DNA of 64,000 nt, from assembly GCA_013239625.1 (NCBI GenBank), contig MU053379.1:1842866-1906865 (forward strand), written 5' to 3'. Below are positions 24,922 through 35,660 of this stretch, piece after piece. This DNA comes from Lama guanicoe. Taxonomy: Eukaryota. Under the pieces are notes generated by a model. That model was given only the letters and a program-made list of their open reading frames with translations. It did not search any database and had not been told where the DNA came from. The position numbers and the translations under genes are program-made. Each line of letters opens with the position of its first letter. The stretch's first letter is position 1.

Positions 24922-26449
24922 AACGGGATGTCATTCTCCACACTTTTAGATCCTTTATGATAATATGGTCTCCTAGTCACATTATAGGTCTGCGTGTTGA
25001 ATTTTAAGACCACCGACCTTATTCTTTGTGAGTTTTTGCAAGTTTTCCCTCTGCTTATCACCATTCTTACTCCTAAGAATTAACCATTCAGGTGAACCAC
25101 ACTATACAAACGCCTTGCTTTAGTCTCGAAATATCTTTGGTATTATCCTCATAATTACAGTTAAACGATAAACACGACTACCTTGTAGGTTTTTGTATTT
25201 CAGAGTCTTAAGTTATTGTTTCTTCTAGTTAGGCTCCACATTATACACTTTTTTTGAGACTAAACCTAGGGGCTGTCCTGGCTAATGTGTGAAAGTTGTA
25301 ATCAGCTACTTGATAACTTTACCTTGGGAGCAGGTTCCATTTGGGGAAGACCTCAGTGCAGGAGCTGCTGATGTCACACGTGTCCTGTTGGCTCACCTGG
25401 GATGCCTACAAACACTGTGATTTCCAGAAACTTCCCTGAGTCTTTCTTTGTCCATCCACAAAGTGGGAATAGTCATTTTGACATGTACTTACTGAGAACC
25501 TACTCTGAGCCAGCAGTGGTTAGGTGTTAGAAAGACAGCAGTGGACAAAGTAGACAATGTCCAGGCTCCCTCTTTCTTTCCTGAGCAGTGTCACGAGGTT
25601 CGAATTGCATAATGAAAGTGACATCATTTGGGAAACTAAGATCACCATGGAAATGAAGGACCGGGTCTGGAGATATTCAGCTCTTCATGGACCATTTCAA
25701 AACACTGTGCTGAAGTGACTGGGTGGGGTGCGCCCTCTGGCCTTTGGTGAAGGCCGCTGGGCCCATGAATTGGACCCTTGTCTTGTCCTTAGAGCCATTT
25801 TGTGACCACAGCAACTCTGGACACTCGAGCGTTAGCCAAAGCTTCACGTCACATCTTTCTTGAGCTCCAAGCTACTGGAAAGATCCATCTTTGCTCCCTG
25901 TTTCCCCCTCGCAGTGGCTCAGATGTCCTGCTCTGTTGTTTCTTTGCTTTTGTATCATGTGATTTGTCCACGGTGCTCAAGGCCATTGGCCACTCTTTCC
26001 GTTTTGAAATTCCCTTTCTGTTTACCTTCTCTTGCGCTTTTTCTTCCTTCCACGACCCTTTGCCGAATTCTTTTACTCTGCTTGCTCTCTGAAGAGGTGT
26101 TGAGTTTCCCATGATTTCTTCTTCGCTTCCTTTCTCCTTTGGAAACCCCGTCCCTCCATGTCTTCTACTCTCCGCCGTCTGCTTCTGATTCTCCTGGTGT
26201 CCCCTGTAGCTTCGCTGTCTGCACTGAGGTGTCTCCACCCGCATTCACACAGGCAGCACACCTCCCTTTCCATGGTCACGGACACCTCAGACTCAACATG
26301 TCCGAAGCAGAAGGCACCACGTCCTCCCTGACGTGCTCTTCCATCTCTGCCCCTTCTCCCGGTGCTTCCATCCCCACCGTCACCTCAACCAGAGCCCTCC
26401 GCACTGTTACAGTTCTTGTCACGCATTTAGTGACCTGCTTTTTCCTCAT

Positions 26450-27080
26450 TCTTAGCTTGGGCAGCTCCCGAGCAGCAGCTCCTGAGCAGCAGGTCCTGAG
26501 CAGGTGTTCAGTGACAGGTGGTTTATTTGGGAGGTGGTTCCAGGCAGTACTGGTAGGGGATCAGCTGCTGCTGGACTGGAGTCAGTTATACCGACTTAGT
26601 GGACCTGCCTGTGTCCATCTCTTCCCAAATCCGTGTTCAGTGAGGTCACATTGGTAGCTTGAGATTGGACATGATGGAAATATTTCCACCATGGATAATG
26701 GCCAATGGCTACAAACTAGGACTTTTTCCCCTGGAGAGTTGGTTGTTAAACATTTCTCAGCATGTTCTTGGGAGCAGGGAATTAAGACGGGGAAGGACAG
26801 GGGCCAATAAAGTATGTTTTAGCAGGAGAGTCACCCTGTAGACAAGTGGGGTGTAATCCCAGTGGAGAAAGCTGGACTCCAGCTCAGAGTCATCCCGCTG
26901 GAGGGAGAGGAGTTTACACCCCACTTCCTGCCCATCCTTGGCTGAGGGCTGCCGCTGTGGGGCCCAGGAGGACCCAGCAGCCGGGGGACGCCCTCAGGAG
27001 TTAGAGGTGGGCTAGTGAATGGCAGCGGCAAGAGGTTTAGGGGGTGTCAGCAGGGCTGGGCACATGACGGCGGTGAAGGC
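26450..27080 (-). mobile_element. LTR33-like ERVL LTR interrupted by MER63, ending ~70 bp upstream of exon 2
   Basis: caggtggtttatttgggaggtggttccagg, resuming at ~26770 with gggagcagggaattaagacggggaagg...ccaataaag...ctcagagtcatccc. Confidence 0.6.
26562..26770. mobile_element. MER63-like hAT-Blackjack MITE
   Basis: catctcttcccaaatccgtgttcagtgaggtcacattggtagcttgagattgg...ggagagttggttgttaaacattt matches the recalled MER63 consensus. Confidence 0.75.
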
Positions 27081-27152
27081 CCTGGCCCCCCAGCGCTGGG
27101 AAGGGCTAACCCAGCTGTTACTGATGTGCAGCTGTCATCTCTTTCTCCCCAG

Positions 27153-27281
27153 ACCTCGACTTCATGGACCTCATAGGGCAGGACAGACAGTGGACGGTGG
27201 GCAGGAAGTTACTGCAGGTGAACGACACGCTGACTTCGGAAGATGCTGGGCTGCGGAGCAGCAAGAACTGCACTGAACCAG
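27153..27281 (+). CDS. SLC24A3: Coding exon 2 of sodium/potassium/calcium exchanger 3 (NCKX3); internal exon, 129 bp, phase 1-1
   Basis: Acceptor catctctttctccccAG (AG at 27151-27152) and donor CAG|gtaaga (27282). Translation (x)LDFMDLIGQDRQWTVGRKLLQVNDTLTSEDAGLRSSKNCTEP matches the recalled human NCKX3 segment ELDLMDLVGEDRKWMMARKLMQVNDTLTSEDAGLRNSKNCTEP. Two N-glycosylation sequons (NDT, NCT). Confidence 0.96.
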
Positions 27282-27904
27282 GTAAGAAGACGGCTGCACG
27301 GGGGCGGGGCTTCGCGCCGGGGGCGGGGCCGCCGTTCTGCCTGTAGTAGAGGAGGAAGAGCTGAATGCTGTGTCTTTTGAGTTCTAATCCAGAGGGAACA
27401 TTTAGGGGCATGTGTCTCAGAAATGCCAGGGCCAACTCCCAGGGGGCGATTTGGGTGTGTTTCCACCTCTATGTTCTTTTCCTAAGGCGGCTGGGGAAAA
27501 GGTAAGTCAAAATACCGGATGTGGACACTGGTGCCATCGAGTGGGAAACGGTCTGGAGAGGTGGGTGGGGATGTTCTGCAGCTGCCTTTGCGCTGGTGCC
27601 TGGAATCCTCTCTCGGTGGTTTTGAACTGGGAGCCTTCTTTCTGTCGCAGGAAAGGCACAGGTGTTGGACCAGATCCTCACCTGCGATGCTGGTCTTCTA
27701 GGGAGAAGCGAATGTTTATTTATCAGTTCTTGTATCTGATATCTATTATGCCTTTCCTCAGAGCAGTTTATCTATAATATTACTGAACTTAGAGGGAGAA
27801 CTAACAAGGGGACGAAGAGAGCTTGGAATGATCAGATTTCAAGCTCAACCAAATCCCAGGAAATGCCAAGACCCTGTGGACTGGTGAGGACCTGCTAGTT
27901 TAGA

Positions 27905-28095
27905 CCAGGTGTCCACATAGCAGACTTGTCCCCGGAATGGCCAGACAGTAAATATTTTAGGCTTTTCAGATCCTATGCCGTGTCTGTAGTATACTTAAAA
28001 ATATTTTTTATAATCCTTTAAATATTTAAAAACCATTCTTAGCGCACAAAGACAGGCTGTGAGATTGACCAGGCCTGTGGCCACGTTGTCAACCA
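27905..28095. mobile_element. MER58-family hAT-Charlie MITE
   Basis: ggccagacagtaaatattttaggctttt...tttaaaaaccattcttagc. Confidence 0.7.
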
Positions 28096-29394
28096 TGATG
28101 TGGAGTTCTCAGATCTCGGGGGCCTGCCTTCCTTGCCTGGTGGGGTCTTGGGCCTCACATGTGCCCCATTTAAGGGCTGGGGAGCTCAACCACACCGGGA
28201 TGCCACATCCAGAGGCTGCTCTCATTCTGAGCATCCTGGAAGGACATACACCATCTTCACTGCAGCCCAAAGAACCTTAGAGCTCGGAGTACAGGGGGTG
28301 AAGTCATGTGTCTGCTCTTTTTGAAGGATGGTGGCGAGAGGTTCCCTTTCCCACAGCTGGACAGGATTAAACACAGGCTACCCTCCTCCCAAAAAGAAAC
28401 CAACCTACAACCCCACCTAATTCGCATTCCTTACGCTAGAGGAGTCAAGGCTTCCTGTGGCTGTTATTGAATGCTCTGAAGGAACACTCTTGAATGTTAG
28501 TGAAGCACATGGCAGCTACCTGAGCTTGGAGTGGAAGTGGGCACGAAGGTTTCCCGCTGTGCGGACGGAACCCCATGTACTCTGAGCGATGGGCATGTGC
28601 GGAGGGCAGGCTGAATGGGCGTGGCCGGGGTGGTGTGGGTCATCGCTGTGCCAAAAACCCTGTTTGCCGATCTGGTCTTATAAGATTTTTCAATATCTTT
28701 CTACAACGACCAGTAAGTGGATGGTGACTGGGATGTCAGGAGACAGGAGAACCGGTAGCAAGGAGCCTAGTCACTGCCTTGGGTGGCAGAAAAGGGAGTC
28801 AGACCCGAGACGGTGCCCACCTCCAGGATGCTGGGTCCGGTCGTGCGCAGGGCCAGTGGTGATGCAGAGCTTCCGTTCCCTGTAGTTTGGGACTGTGTTT
28901 TGGAGGGGGGGCTGCAGTCTCTCTGTGAGTGGCGTTGCTCACTGTATCAAGAAATGCCTTTCTCAGAGTGACAGGTGTGAAAGAATAAAGTACATTAAAA
29001 GCTGTTGCAGGAGAGGAATGACTCAGCTCACAAGTAGAACAGAAGATGTCCAGGTTTTTAACGGAATCTCAAGCCCAGAGCCTGCTGGTGTTGGCAGGGC
29101 GGGCCCAGGGAGGGGAGGAGAGGAAGGCTGCAGGAGGAGCAGACAAGAGCTCTTCACGCAGAGCGGGTCCGGGAAGAGCAGGGACGCAGGAGGGACCGTC
29201 TTGATCTCCTCGTTGGTGGGCTGCGGGCTCCAGGCTTGATTTCTGGGGCCCTTAACTCCAAACCAGTCCTACAGGGAAGAGGGTTGTGCTTGAAGCAAGA
29301 TCCCAGCATGTCGGGGGGCTGCCCAGAGCCTCCGTCCTGCACGAAGCCTGCTGTGGCCATTCTGTTCTCTGAATGTTTTTGGTATAAAATGGAC

Positions 29395-29574
29395 ATTCAG
29401 TGGCCACTTAAATTCAAGTTAATTTAAATTCAGTACAGTTGAAAAAACTCAGACCCTCAGTTGCCCCAGACACACATCAAATGCCCAACTGTGGCAGGTG
29501 GTTCGTGGCTGCCATACTGGGCAGCACGGGTCACAGATGTTTCCCTCATCACAGAAAGGCCTGTTGGACAGCTG
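29395..29574 (-). mobile_element. MER3-like hAT-Charlie MITE
   Basis: gtggctgccatactgggcagcac...catcacagaaaggcctgttggacagc matches the reverse complement of MER3. Confidence 0.65.
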
Positions 29575-32111
29575 GTCGAGAACTCCCGTCTGTCTCTGGA
29601 CACGTCTCTCGTCTTCCCAGCTCAGCTGTGAGCATCGCAGGGATACAGAGTGGAGTGTAAATCCAAGAGCCCCATCTCCCACCTGGGTCTTTGGGCCACA
29701 CTCACCAGGGTTAGAATCCCAGCTCAGAAGCTGTGGGGACAATGCCTCAGGTTCTCTAAGCCGCTATGCGCTTCTCTGTGAAACTGAGATAACCTTTCTG
29801 GCCTTTCACAGCGGCTGTGAGGGTTGGTGGTGATGTGATCAGGTGTGCCCCGCCAGGGGCCCGCAGATGGTGGGTCCACAGTAGGACCTCACTCACGAAT
29901 TCCCCACTGTCTGCTGGGGGCACCCGTCCCTCCATCCCCGGTGGGTCGCTGTGTTCCCCAGCCCCTCCCCTCACCAATGGGCAGATGCGGCCCGTCTGGT
30001 TCAGTCAACAGGCTGCTTCCTCGGGCGGCCCAGGTCCGCGCAGGTGGCCAGCTGGGCAGAGAGGCTCGCGCACCGACGTCTCACACAGCTCAGCGCTGAA
30101 GACGGCGCTGTGGTGCTGAGCGGGGGGCCTCTGACCGGTCGTGTGTTTCTCCAAGAACGTGGTCAAAGCGCTGCCGCCGAGCGTGTGACCCCTGCTGCCT
30201 CGGTGCCCTTTCCAGAAAGCTGTCGGGGGTCTGCTTCTCAGGCCAAACGGAGTGGATGCTTCAAGAGAAAAGGTGGGAGCCAGGGCCCTCAGAAGATCCT
30301 GGTTTAGAATTAAAGTGGAATGTACCCGTCTTCTCTGCCTGGAACGTTCCGTGGGGTGAGGGGGCCGTGCTGGCCTGAGCGGGGGCCCCGCCACAGGATG
30401 TTGGCAGCTTCCAGGCGAGGTCGGAGCGGCCGGGGTGCGGCGGGGCGGGCTCGTGCTGGCTTGGGGTGGGGCTCTGCTCCCGGGAGTCTTCGGTGCAGGC
30501 CCAGGAGGTGAGCCGCGGGCCCGCGGGACTGGCCTCCTTCCCGTCGGTGAGGCATCCAGCTCACGAGGATGGCGGCAGGGTTCCCTCTGTGCTCTGGGGC
30601 TGCGCGTCTGGAGGCCGGTGTGGGCCGTGGCCTGTGAGTGATGCTGTCAGGGTCACAGGCAGCAGTGAGTCTGGCTCTTGTCCTAAAGAATGCTTCATGC
30701 TACTTGTGACATCACAGGGCTTCTCAGACTGTGTCCTCAGAACCCCTGGCTCTGGCCGCCGTTAGAGTAAGGCCAGTAGGTGTGGAGCCTGGGGATGGAG
30801 TGAGCTCCGTTCTGGTTGTGTCTGTGATCGGGGGTGCAGCTGCTTGGCTTCTCCATTTCCTCACCTGTGAAACAGACCTGGGACTCAGCTATCCCTCTGT
30901 CCCTCCCACTGCACACGTGCGATCATTCTAAGCAGTGTTAGGAACAGGGGTTCACAGAATCTTCCACCCCAAGACTCCCAGCTCCACTTCCCGGCAGAAT
31001 TCCTTGTCATACTTCGACCTCCCTTATACTCCCTGCCCCCATGCATTTTCCTCTCCTCCTCCACCCCGTCCTCCCTTCCTCCATCTTCCTCCCCGCAGCC
31101 TCTCTTTGAAGACCTGGAGCCCGGAGCATCCATCGCCTGGGGAAGGACCCAGATGCAGGATGCCTGTTACAAGGTGGCGGGGCTGTCTCGGTGAGCATGC
31201 AGCCTGGAGATGGTGCGCTCTTCACGTGACCGCTGCCACTTTAAAGCCATGTTGGATTTGGGGGGCATTTTTTTTAATGGTATTCTTCCTTGGTCCCTCA
31301 AAGACACAATTTTGGTGAAAGTTTGTAACTTTTTCCTCTCGATCTGTGTGAAAAAGGTTGAGCTTCGGGCTCTCATTTTTCTGCAATTGTCCCACCCCTC
31401 CGTGAATGTTTAAGGTTGTTTTCTTAGCCTGACACTGCTGATTTCATCTGGAGCTGGAAATCCGGTCTTTTGGCAAATAACACTTGCAAGTGTTTACTCA
31501 GATGACCTATTAAGAGAAATTTAACGTTGAATAAATTTGATCCACGGAAAATTAAGTTAGCTAAATGTAATACTGAGGGTGGTGGACAACTGTAGCAGAA
31601 ATGAATTCTTTGTAATATTTATTTGTACACTTCGCAGAATTTTGTTTAGACACTTCGCAGGCTGTCTAAAGGGGAAAAAAAAAGAAAAAAACATCTATCA
31701 TCTTGGTTTTTAGTTCTTTGATGGTTTAAGGAAATGAGCTTTTCCTCAGAGTGCGCCTTTCAAATAAACTTTGGAAGAAGGAAGCTGTTTAAAGTGATAA
31801 CCTTTGACGTGGGCTTTGCTCTGAGATCACTGCATTTTCTTCTGATAAAGGGCTCAGCTCCCTCCCGCTGCCCGGCTTGTGGGGTCTGAGGCCTCTGGGG
31901 ATGGGGAAGCCACCCTGAGCCTGAGCTGCAGGACAGAGGAGAGGCTGGTGGGCACTGGTCCCGTGGGACTGAGCCGGAGTGCTTCCTGCATCAGGTGTAC
32001 CTTTACTGGAATGGCCAGAAACGACATTATCTAAGAGTCAAATGTGAGCTGTCACGGAGAAGGGAAGTCAGAGGTCTGGACGAGAGAAGCGATGGACAAG
32101 AGTAAGTCTAC

Positions 32112-32211
32112 GGCAGGTGGGTATAGCTCAGGGCTAGGGTGCATGCTTAGCGTGCATGCAGTCCCAGGTTCAATCCCCAGTGCCAACAGTTAAAAAAAAA
32201 AAAAGAAAAAA
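32112..32211 (+). mobile_element. tRNA-Ala-derived short SINE (second, more diverged copy)
   Basis: ggtgggtatagctcagggctagggtgcatgcttagcgtgcatgcagtcccaggttcaatccccagtgcc followed by an A-rich tail. Confidence 0.8.
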
Positions 32212-32605
32212 GGTCACTCCCCGGCGTGAGTGCAAGGTTGAATGTGGACCATGAACAGGAACTGGGGGCCAGCAGGCTCAGACTGGCAGGCAAGGGCAGA
32301 CTGGTTCCGGGTGCAGGTCATGAACAAAAGGGGTATCGGGGGCCTGCTGTTTTTGAGTTCGACCAATAACGTCAGAGTCAGCTGGTTTACCATCACGGGG
32401 CTGGGCAGTGACCAAGCTACAAAGCGTGAAAGGTCCGAATCTCTCACGTCTCACATGAAAAAAATGAGATCCAAAGGGCATGAATGCCCTGCCCCAAGTC
32501 ACAGGGCTTGTCAGAAGCAGAGCAGAGCCCCCAGCTGCCACACATGGATGCTCAATGCGTATCAATAATTCTGTGGAAAATCTGACGTTTCCATGATCGA
32601 GAGGA

Positions 32606-32741
32606 ACGCTGTCCTGTAGAGGTTTAATGCGAGCTACAGGTGTAATTTGTAAATTCCTGGTAGCTGCCTTCAAAACTTGAAAAACAGGTGAAGTTAATTT
32701 TAGTACTATATTTTATTTCACCAAATATATCCAAATATTAG
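32606..32741 (-). mobile_element. MER33 fragment
   Basis: cgctgtcctgtagagg...aatgcgagctaca...aaacaggtgaagttaatttta...tatattttatttcaccaaatatatccaaatatta. Confidence 0.7.
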
Positions 32742-32983
32742 AAATGACAGATTTCAGATACTTCAGTGTTTTATCCCTGAATTTGAACCTAGGAAGCAAC
32801 TAAGATTTTGTTTTTTTAAAAAGTCTTTAAATGTACACTTTCTAGTACTAGCTCACATAACTTTCTCTAACTTCTCTCTACGGTTGAAATTTTCATAATG
32901 ATTCAAATGGTAGCTGTTGACATTCTTAAGTGACCAGGTTAGAAACTCACTGTGATCTGCTCTTCAATTTGCATCAGATTCTT

Positions 32984-33330
32984 TGTATTAGGGTACGAGC
33001 AGCTGCTGTGACAGGCAAGTCCTTCAGCTTTGGGGGTTTAACTCAGGAGTTTCTTTTTCGTGTGAAGGTCTGGTCTGCGGGTGGTCCATGGACTCTGGCG
33101 TCTCCCATTTGGAGGCTTCCCTGTCCCCAGGCTTGGTTTCCAAGGTCACTGTGCTTCTCTGCTTTGAGGGGAGAGAGAGGAGGGTTGAGCCTCACTGAGT
33201 TTTCTGGACCAGACCCTCACTCCTGCTCATGCTCCGTGTGGCCCGGTCACTTGACCACTTCTAACCGCAAGGCGGGCTGGGACATGGATGTTAGCTCAGG
33301 GCCCTGGAGGAAGAGAAAGCAGGGTTTCCC
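32984..33330 (-). mobile_element. MLT1 (MaLR) LTR
   Basis: tgtattagggta...gctgctgtgaca...cactcctgctcat...gtcacttgaccacttctaaccgcaaggcgggctggga. Confidence 0.6.
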
Positions 33331-33639
33331 CCAAACTTGTTTCTTACTGAAAAACCAAACATCTCAGCTTTCCTTTATGCTGCTCTTATTTCAAAAGCAG
33401 CAGACTCTCTCTATAGAAAAATCAAAACCAAAACTTGTGTCTTCTGAGACTGGCTTAGGGTCTTCCCGATTCGCACCTGGTCAGGTGACACCGTTCGATT
33501 CTCTTTTCACCTTGAGAGGGTCACAGGTGAGGTGGACATCGTCCCAGTTGTGTCTGTTTGCCAAATGCATCTTTTCTTTGCAAGTGAAGGCGCGTAGGAC
33601 AAGTAATGACTGTCTGAAGACACGAGGTCATTGGCGATG

Positions 33640-33860
33640 ACGTGGAAAGAGCTTGGGTTCCAGAATAGATCTGAATCTCAGTCCCATCGCTCTCGACCTC
33701 TGTGATGTCGGGAGAGCCCCCTGAACTCTGTGAACTCCATTTCCGCCGTCTGTAGAAGGCAGGTGAAGATGCCCGCTTTGCAGAGTTGCGGTAGTCATGA
33801 AGCGAAGTGAGCTCCGTGAAACCGCGGAACCTCAATCAGTCAGTGCTTAATGAATCGTGG
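33640..33860 (+). mobile_element. MIR SINE
   Basis: gtggaaagagcttgggttccagaatagatctgaatctc...tgaactctgtgaactccatttccgccgtctgtagaa. Confidence 0.55.
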
Positions 33861-34582
33861 CTGCGTTCCCTTTGTCACCAGAGAGATCACGGAGGCTGCA
33901 CTGATGCGGGACTTAACCACTCGGGGGCCCATTAGGACACTGCGAGGCCATGGAGATGGTTTTAAGGATGGATGGATAGGCTATTTGGTGCAGTTCAGCA
34001 GCAACACAGCATCCTTACAGCTGCACAAAGGAGACGCATCAAGGGATGAAGTGGGAGCTTTCTGACCGATGCTGTTTTCTGGCCTTAGAGGTCTCTGTGC
34101 AGACAAACAGGATGACGAGCAGGTGCAGGATTTTCTGCTTCGTGGTAATGAAGAGTTTAAAAGTCTCAGGCTCCAGGAGGAAGGGCCAGATGGTGTTCAT
34201 TTCTTCCAGCTTTGACGTCCCTTTAGGACTTCTTTTTTATTGAGGTATTCTTCTAAACCCCGTTCTTTCAAAGCAGCCCAGGCAGACTAGCCCAGTGAAC
34301 GGTGCCTGGAATCTTCCTGAAAGGTGGGTAAAAGACGGTGAGGCTTTTGTGGGTCTGCCTATTTGCAGAAAAGCTCTAGACTTCTCAGAGTGTTTTCACA
34401 TCCATTAGCTCATCAGAACACCCTTGGTACTGGGAACAAAAAAACCCTGAAGTTCGAGAATAGTAGTGGTCTTGATAAGTTAGACCAAGACCAAGGCACG
34501 TTGAGTTAAAGAATTGATAATTCACACTCAGAAGTGTGGAAAGAAGCTTAGGATAATTGATGCCAAAGCATTTTCCTCCAGG

Positions 34583-34770
34583 CCAGGGCTCAGCACACCG
34601 TGGCCCTTGGCCGCAGCTGGCCTGCCCACTCTTCTCGTAAATGAAGCTTTATGCGGACACAGCTGCGCACGTGCACACGTGGCTGCTTTTGCTCAAAAAA
34701 GGCAGCATCAGTGCCTGAAAAGCCTGAGCGTTTACTCAGTGGTCCTCACAGGAAAGAGGGTGACGCATGT
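34583..34770. mobile_element. MER58A-like MITE
   Basis: cagggctcagcacaccgtggcccttggcc...tcgtaaatgaagcttta...aaagcctgagcgtttactc. Confidence 0.6.
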
Positions 34771-35359
34771 GTGCGACTGGCTGCTGGTGCCGCATGGGGA
34801 CAGTGTTCCTGAGCTGGTCTTGCAGGCATCCCCATAGCAGTGAGCCGGGAGCCCGTGGGCAACGGAATGGGGGGTCTGCGAACCCCGCCATGGGGTGGAC
34901 TCAGGTCCCGGCCGCTTCCTGTGACACTGGTGGCTACTTCTTCCTGTGGCCAAGGAGCAGACGTGGCCCTGGGTGTGTCTCTGGCCTCGTGGGCTTCATT
35001 CCTGCCTGGCCCCGGCTCCTCAGCTGTTTCTGGAGAAGCATCATGCCTGCGGTGCCGCGGGGACTCTACTTGAATCACACATTCAGGGTTTTTCTTATTC
35101 CACAGGTAACCTCATCTCACTGATGATGCCAGATCTGAGGTCCAGGGGCATGAACGGGCATCTCTGGGGTCCACCCATGGTTTGCAGTAGAGCGAGGACC
35201 AGCACTTGCATTTCTTAACTCTTCTGGCCTCTGGCCACAAGGCTGGGCTGTGTCCCCCCACCTCGCTGGTGTGTGGAGATAGCCTTAAGTCACATCTGCA
35301 CTTCGGGGTCCCCAGGAGAGACCCGCTCTGCCCTCATCTAAGTGCTCTCAGTTGCCCCA

Positions 35360-35660
35360 GCGCCGCGGTTCTCCAAGTGGGACCTACCAGCCAGCAGCCC
35401 CGGGAGCTCGTCAGGACTCCCGTTCCTGGGCTCCGCCTGAGGTCTGCCCGTCAGAAGCTCTGGGAAGGGGCCAGTCGTCTGGGTTTCTGGGCTCCCAGGG
35501 GCTTGTTGAGTGCACTCCGGGGTGAGGAGCCCCGGGGAGACCTTTCAGCCCAGGCCTGACCCCAGGCCAGGACAGCCAGGGCCTCTGGGCCTGGGAACCG
35601 GACCTCAGTGGTTGGAAAGCCCCCAGGGGATGTCAGGGTGCAGCCCAGGCTGAGACCCCG
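35360..35660. mobile_element. Two adjacent degenerate MER5-like MITEs
   Basis: gcggttctccaagtggg...gggagctcgtcagg...cagaagctctggg; a second copy ends cccccaggggatgtcagggtgcagcccaggctgagaccc. Confidence 0.5.

Larger units (their letters stand above)
1..27152 (+). other. SLC24A3: Distal part of SLC24A3 intron 1
   Basis: Lies upstream of the exon 2 acceptor. Exon 1 (Arg-rich N-terminus plus hydrophobic signal anchor) was not seen in the window. Repeat-rich non-coding sequence. Confidence 0.85.

Noticed and set aside
27282..27346. ORF 27164-27346 as a standalone 60-aa gene
   Set aside because: Similarity to NCKX3 stops exactly at the GT donor; the tail is intronic read-through.
33245..33256. 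Estrogen response element GGTCA-ct-TGACC
   Set aside because: Spacer is 2 nt rather than 3, and the site lies inside an MLT1 LTR.
32930..33640. Longest ORF in the track (236 aa) and similar 150-216 aa ORFs (795-1430, 15181-15831, 22428-23030, 63245-63886)
   Set aside because: No recognisable protein family, low-complexity Ser/Pro/Arg/Gly composition, often non-ATG starts or overlap with repeats. Expected by chance in GC-rich intron.
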